From the NCBI GenBank assembly GCA_016931355.1, contig JAFGEX010000343.1:1-41813 (forward strand): a DNA stretch of 41,813 bases. The letters run 5' to 3'. The position numbers and the translations under genes are program-made. The notes beneath the pieces are model-generated. The model ran no database searches. It was given only the letters and a program-made list of their open reading frames with translations, and was not told where the DNA came from. The DNA is from a bacterium. GTDB lineage: Bacteria; Zhuqueibacterota; QNDG01; JABMRT01. Below are positions 37,232 to 41,813 of the stretch, piece after piece. Each line of letters begins with the position of its first letter. Positions within the stretch are counted from its first letter, which is position 1.

Positions 37232-38479
37232 ATGAGTACGGAGATTCCGTTCATCGCAGCATCCTGTATCCTGCTGCTTTCCCTGGCATCGGCAGACGGC
37301 GGTCAGCCTGTGGACATCAAGGTGCTTTGCAAGGAAGTGAACGCGGACATTCGCGCCGTTGAAAAGATGAGGGATAAAGACACGGCTGTGGCCAAAATTG
37401 CGGAAATCCGCAAAAAAATTGATGCCATAGCGAAGCTGGATCCGGGTTACTTCGAGCTGCGCGGCCTCGAGACCAAGTACAAGCGGCTCACAGGCATATA
37501 CGGGGCGCCTGCGGGAACGGCTGCTCCCGCCGCGAAACCTGCGCCGGACCCGGGCCGGTCCGCCTCTTCTCCTGAAAGGGAGCAGGCATTGAAGGACTGG
37601 CAGGAGATCAGTCAATTGAGAAGGGGCTTCCTCAAGGACGTGGAAACGGTCATCCCCTCCTATGTGAAAAACGTCATATACAGCGACAGCGACATCGACG
37701 AGGTCATTGCCAAAATACGTTCATTCCAGGCCCAGGCCCCCGGTGTCAAGGCCAGGCTGGAGGCGTTCCGCAAAAAGTACGGTTCGGACCCGGATGAAAT
37801 TGACAGGAAAATGGAGGATCTGAAACCCGGAAACCAAAGGCCCCCGGACTCGGCCGGACGATGCTTCTCCGAATTGTCAAACGGATTGACGAACCTGGAA
37901 GAGGCGCCGAAGATAGAAGCGAAAAAAATCCTGGCGGGCGTGCTTTCGAGCCTGGACCGGATTGAGAACTTCATTGCGGACACGGAGCGCGACAGGAGAT
38001 ATCAGGAACTGGAGGCGAGCATACAGAAAGGGCTCAAATTCAATCCCCAGGACGCGGAACTCAAGGAATGGGCCTTGAAGATCAAAACGCTCAGGCAGAA
38101 ATCGCAGGCGGACATTGAAAAATCTCTGGATGCGGCGCGCTTTCCGGGTCACATGACCGGTTTCGCAGGGCCGGGCGGCGTGGATGAGCTCGCGGCTTCC
38201 TGCGTTAAATATTTCAATGAGTCGGATCCCTCCCAGACCACGGTCAAGGTCAGCATTGCGGGCAACTGGGTCGTGGCGAAGGAGAACATTTTCGGGGAGC
38301 CGGTTCAATGGGGACTGCCCATATGGGCGGTCGGATACAAGAACGACAACCGGGAGATCGCCCGGGTATTCAAACTGACCATTTTGACAGGGGAAGCATT
38401 GGGAATTTCCAAGAGCCCGCCCTGGACCGGCCAGTGGGTGGGCGATTCCTACAGGATGCGCACGGCCAATATTAAATGA
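37232..38479 (+). CDS. Hypothetical secreted protein, helical N-terminal part and beta-rich C-terminal domain
   Basis: RBS AGGAGG, signal peptide, Pro/Ala linker, 415 aa; no family recognised. Confidence 0.75.
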   Translation: MSTEIPFIAASCILLLSLASADGGQPVDIKVLCKEVNADIRAVEKMRDKDTAVAKIAEIRKKIDAIAKLDPGYFELRGLETKYKRLTGIYGAPAGTAAPAAKPAPDPGRSASSPEREQALKDWQEISQLRRGFLKDVETVIPSYVKNVIYSDSDIDEVIAKIRSFQAQAPGVKARLEAFRKKYGSDPDEIDRKMEDLKPGNQRPPDSAGRCFSELSNGLTNLEEAPKIEAKKILAGVLSSLDRIENFIADTERDRRYQELEASIQKGLKFNPQDAELKEWALKIKTLRQKSQADIEKSLDAARFPGHMTGFAGPGGVDELAASCVKYFNESDPSQTTVKVSIAGNWVVAKENIFGEPVQWGLPIWAVGYKNDNREIARVFKLTILTGEALGISKSPPWTGQWVGDSYRMRTANIK

Positions 38480-38553
38480 TTTATCCCGCCAGGGGGGTGC
38501 TTCGCCGAGTGCTCCTGCGGACAAACGGCCCGGACGCGTGTAGCGTGTGTTTT

Positions 38554-38666
38554 TTGAAACCTCCCGGAAGCGGGGAGAGTTGGATTTTTGATCTCTCCGG
38601 GGAGAAGACATTTAAGCTGCTTGCTTACGCAGCAGCAGGCTGTGGGGGATGCGCTCGCAGCCCGAT
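38554..38666 (-). repeat. Family-1 repeat, reverse degenerate copy
   Basis: TTGAAACCTCCC...GATC...AAGACATTT...GCTTA...GGGGGATGCGCTCGCAGCCCGAT matches the reverse-complement consensus. Confidence 0.7.
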
Positions 38667-38816
38667 GGATTTTCATTTTGAAGAACCACGATGTTTTATA
38701 TTCGGAACGGTTTTTGCATATTTGTCATAAATTACGAAGTACATGGAAATTGAAACGATATGCATCGTTCAAAGCCGTTTTTGATTTCATTTTGGGATGC
38801 GTGATGGGGTCATCAG

Positions 38817-40253
38817 ATGGCCAGGCTGCTCATTGTTGACGACGAAGCGGTTATTCTGATTCAACTCAAGGAATATCTCCGCGACATGGGGTACGAGGTG
38901 GCGGGAACCGCCGTGTCCGGAGAGGACGCTGTGGAAAAAGCCAGGGAGTTGAATCCGGACCTGATCCTGATGGACATCTACCTGGCGGGCAGAAAGCTCG
39001 ACGGGATCTCGGCTGCCGTCAAGATCAAGGATGAGATGAACATCCCCGTTATTTTTATGACGGCTTTCGGCGGCGATCAGGTTCTGGAGCGCGTAAAAAA
39101 CGTCGAGCCCTACGGCTTTGTCCTCAAGCCCTTTCAGAACACGGAACTGAAGGCTGCCATTGACGTGGCCATGATACGCAAGGACATGGAATCCCGCCTG
39201 AGGGAGTCCGAGGCGAAGCTCCGGTCCGTGGTCGATACAGCCAACGAGGCCATCATCACAACGAACAATCTCAATCAGATCATTTTCTGGAACCGGGCCG
39301 CGCATTCCTATTTCGGCTACACGGAACAGGAAGCCCTGGGCCGGACCCCGCGGCTGCTGTTTCCGGGAAAGGACGCGGATTACATCGAACCGGAGATGGA
39401 GAGGATCATCGCTTCAGGTAAATCCGAACTGCTGGGGATAAATTTCGAAGTGACCGGCCGCCGGAAGAACGGAAGCGAATTTCCCATGGAATGCTCGCTG
39501 GCGACCTGGAGGGTGAACCGCCAGGTTTTCATGACCCTGATCGGCAAGGACATCACGGAACGGAAGAAGATCGATCAGATGAAGAGCGATTTTGTGTCCC
39601 TGGTCTCCCATCAGCTGCGCACGCCCCTGGCCGGGATCATGGGCTGCGTGGACAACATGCTCTGGGGCCTGACCGGGACGCTGAGCTTCAAGCAGATGGA
39701 ATACCTGCAGGTCATGAAGGAAATCAGTTCGCGCGGATACCGGATCATTGCGAACCTCCTCAACATTTCGCGCCTGGAACGCGGCGTCATCTCCATGGAC
39801 ATACGGCCGGTTGATTTGTGCTATGTGGCGAGGAATGCGGCGAATGAGCACAGCGCTGCGATCGAAAGCAAAGGCCTCAAGCTCACAGTCGAAGCTCCGG
39901 ACGGGCAGATCCTCGTCCTGGCGGACAAGGACAAACTTTTCGAGGCGATCAGCAACGTGGTTCACAACGCCTCCAAATTCACGGATGCGGGGAAAATTTC
40001 CGTACGCATCTTCAGTGACGATTCTCACGGGAAGGTCAAAATTTCAGACACGGGCCCCGGCATTGAACCGGCGGGCATGAAATACCTGTTCAGCCGGAAC
40101 CAGATTCTGTCCGGAAACGCCACTTACAAGGGCGGATGCGGGCTCGGCCTGTTCATTTCCAAGCAATTCATGCAGCTTCAGAACGGGGACGTGGACGTTC
40201 AATCCAGGCGGGGAAAGGGCGCGGCGTTTACTTTTCGCATCCCCCTGGCTTAA
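38817..40253 (+). CDS. Hybrid histidine kinase (REC-PAS-HisKA-HATPase)
   Basis: LIVDDE...LILMDI receiver; WNRAA...G.RKNGSEFPME PAS; SHQLRTPL, NASKFT, DTGPGI, GLGL. Confidence 0.93.
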   Translation: MARLLIVDDEAVILIQLKEYLRDMGYEVAGTAVSGEDAVEKARELNPDLILMDIYLAGRKLDGISAAVKIKDEMNIPVIFMTAFGGDQVLERVKNVEPYGFVLKPFQNTELKAAIDVAMIRKDMESRLRESEAKLRSVVDTANEAIITTNNLNQIIFWNRAAHSYFGYTEQEALGRTPRLLFPGKDADYIEPEMERIIASGKSELLGINFEVTGRRKNGSEFPMECSLATWRVNRQVFMTLIGKDITERKKIDQMKSDFVSLVSHQLRTPLAGIMGCVDNMLWGLTGTLSFKQMEYLQVMKEISSRGYRIIANLLNISRLERGVISMDIRPVDLCYVARNAANEHSAAIESKGLKLTVEAPDGQILVLADKDKLFEAISNVVHNASKFTDAGKISVRIFSDDSHGKVKISDTGPGIEPAGMKYLFSRNQILSGNATYKGGCGLGLFISKQFMQLQNGDVDVQSRRGKGAAFTFRIPLA

Positions 40254-40288
40254 GGCGGCTCAAGGGTGAGATCATTAAGGAGGAACAT

Positions 40289-40672
40289 ATGGATGAGGAC
40301 CGCAAACCGAAGATTCTGATCATCGAAGACGAGGCCGTGTTCCGGCTCATCTATCGCGGCGTGCTCGAGAGCCACAATTACAAGGTTTTCGAGGCGGACA
40401 CGGGGATGGCGGGCCTGGATCTCGCCAAGACCGAGCGTCCGGACATGATTCTGCTCGACCTCATCCTGCCGGACATCAGCGGGTACGAGGTGCTCAAGAA
40501 GATCAAGGCGCACGACCTGACCTGCACCATCCCCGTCATCGTCTTTTCCGTCATGGGGACGGAGGAGAACATTGAGAAGGCCAAGGAACTGGGCGCGGAT
40601 TATTACCGGGTCAAGGGAGCCAATTCGCCCAGCGATATCCTGAAGGAAATCGAGAGGATCATCGGCGCTTGA
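40289..40672 (+). CDS. Single-domain response regulator
   Basis: RBS AAGGAGG; ILIIEDE, ILLDLILPDISG, IPVIVFS. Confidence 0.92.
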   Translation: MDEDRKPKILIIEDEAVFRLIYRGVLESHNYKVFEADTGMAGLDLAKTERPDMILLDLILPDISGYEVLKKIKAHDLTCTIPVIVFSVMGTEENIEKAKELGADYYRVKGANSPSDILKEIERIIGA

Positions 40673-40952
40673 ACCTGACCGTGCGAGTCGGTGAGCGAAT
40701 CCGGATGTCTCTTTCCCCGCAGATCGAAGATCCCCCGGCAGCCCGGTTCGGGGGCTTACACCTGGGGGCGGGCGCATCCCCCGGGGCTTGCTCCGGGGCA
40801 GACGGTCGAATACGCATGTTTTTGCCTTCAGGATCGAAGAGATGAAGGCGGCTTGTCCGGGACTTCAAACTGACGGAGGCCGCATCCCCCGGGGATTGCA
40901 GCGAAAAAACATGGGGGATCCGTTCGGATTTGTTCAGGCGGATCGGGGATTC
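40669..40952 (+). repeat. Family-1 repeat, three degenerate head-to-tail units
   Basis: GAGCGAATCCGGATGTCT...GCAGATCGAAGATCCCCC...GGGGCTTACA; GCGCATCCCCCGGGGCTTGCTCCGGGG...GATCGAAGA...GACTTCAA; CTGACGG..CGCATCCCCCGGGG...GATCG. Confidence 0.7.
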
Positions 40953-41071
40953 ATCGCTGTGCTGAAAAACAAAACTTCGGTTTTATATATTGCATGGATG
41001 TTTCTTTTACAACGCATGTTCAGGCTAATGGAAAAGGCCCGGGATTCCAAATCCCCGAGGAGGGAACAGTC

Positions 41072-41813
41072 ATGAAAACCATCCGGGTGTTTCTGCTGCT
41101 GGCGGGAGCGTTTTTTTTCAGGCCGGACTCTGTCCCCGCGCAGGAAGCCGCGGCCTCGAAGCAGGAAAGCCGCCTGTCGATTCCCTGGGAGGAATTCAAG
41201 AATCTGATCCGTCTGGACGACAAGCAGATGGTCCTGACACTCGAGACTTTTCAGAAACTGGTGGAACAGACGGGGACACGGACAACACCCGCGCACACCC
41301 TGCAGGGTGGCATGGTGACACTGACGCGTGCGGAGTTCGAAAATCTGGTGGGTCAGATGAAGCCCCCCGCGTCCGCGGAAATCCCTCCGGTGGATTACCT
41401 GGTCACCCGGGCCGTTTACAGCGGACGGATGGGCAGGACCAGCGCCTCCTTCACGGCCGAATGGCTGGTTTTTGTTCTCAAGAAGGACGCCTTCGTCAAG
41501 GTCCCCGTGCTGCCGCAGGGGGCTGCACTCGAGGACATCCGCATCGGCCGGGAACAGGCGCCCGTCATCAATGAGAACGGCTTGCATCAGGTGCTTTTCC
41601 GCGAATCCGGCGAATACAGGGTATCGGCACGCTTCTCCACGCCCTGGGTGGAGAAGGGACCCCAGAAACTGGACTTCCAAATCATACAGACGCCCGTGAC
41701 GCTTCTGGATCTTTTGATCCCCATGAAACCCATTGACGTGGAAATCCCGCAGGCCCGGAGCATTGAGACCCGGATTCAGGGCTCCGACACCCGGGTATCC
41801 GCGGTCATGCAGA
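41072..41813 (+). CDS. Large secreted hypothetical protein (partial, runs off the window)
   Basis: RBS GAGGAGG, MKTIRVFLLLAGAFF signal peptide, LSIPWEEFK; no stop seen to the window end. Confidence 0.8.
   Translation, partial: MKTIRVFLLLAGAFFFRPDSVPAQEAAASKQESRLSIPWEEFKNLIRLDDKQMVLTLETFQKLVEQTGTRTTPAHTLQGGMVTLTRAEFENLVGQMKPPASAEIPPVDYLVTRAVYSGRMGRTSASFTAEWLVFVLKKDAFVKVPVLPQGAALEDIRIGREQAPVINENGLHQVLFRESGEYRVSARFSTPWVEKGPQKLDFQIIQTPVTLLDLLIPMKPIDVEIPQARSIETRIQGSDTRVSAVMQ

Overview
Gene-dense chromosomal window from a diderm bacterium. By inference it is FCB-related but not Bacteroidota (KSB1/Calditrichota-like), because it has clear Shine-Dalgarno sites, canonical sigma70 promoters, a SusD-less TonB receptor and a PorV/PorQ-family barrel. 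In order it contains: the end of a TPR protein; an arsenic operon (arsR, arsP, ArsE-like redoxin, thioredoxin lipoprotein, ccdA, acr3, arsC); a minus-strand cluster (pentapeptide-repeat protein, DUF1080+PHP protein, LolA-like protein, two ABC permeases, ATPase, OM protein); an exported MsrB-MsrA; a PHP hydrolase; an AAA_14/DUF4143 ATPase; a LacI-associated uptake locus (small barrel, TonB receptor, T9SS-like-CTD protein, PorV-like barrel, LacI, MFS); an L-arabinose-type catabolic cluster without canonical araA; a two-component pair; and a partial secreted protein. No rRNA, tRNA, CRISPR array or transposase was seen. Two things stand out. (1) A ~115-bp two-hairpin repeat with a sharp ...GGGGAGCTTCAA end occupies about 11 intergenic sites, including mini, cargo-carrying and head-to-tail tandem forms. 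A second hairpin family and an ACCCCGGGGT palindrome cluster are also present. (2) The TonB receptor / CTD protein / dedicated PorV-like barrel triad may be a SusD-independent glycan-uptake architecture. All family assignments come from motif recognition by eye, not database searches.
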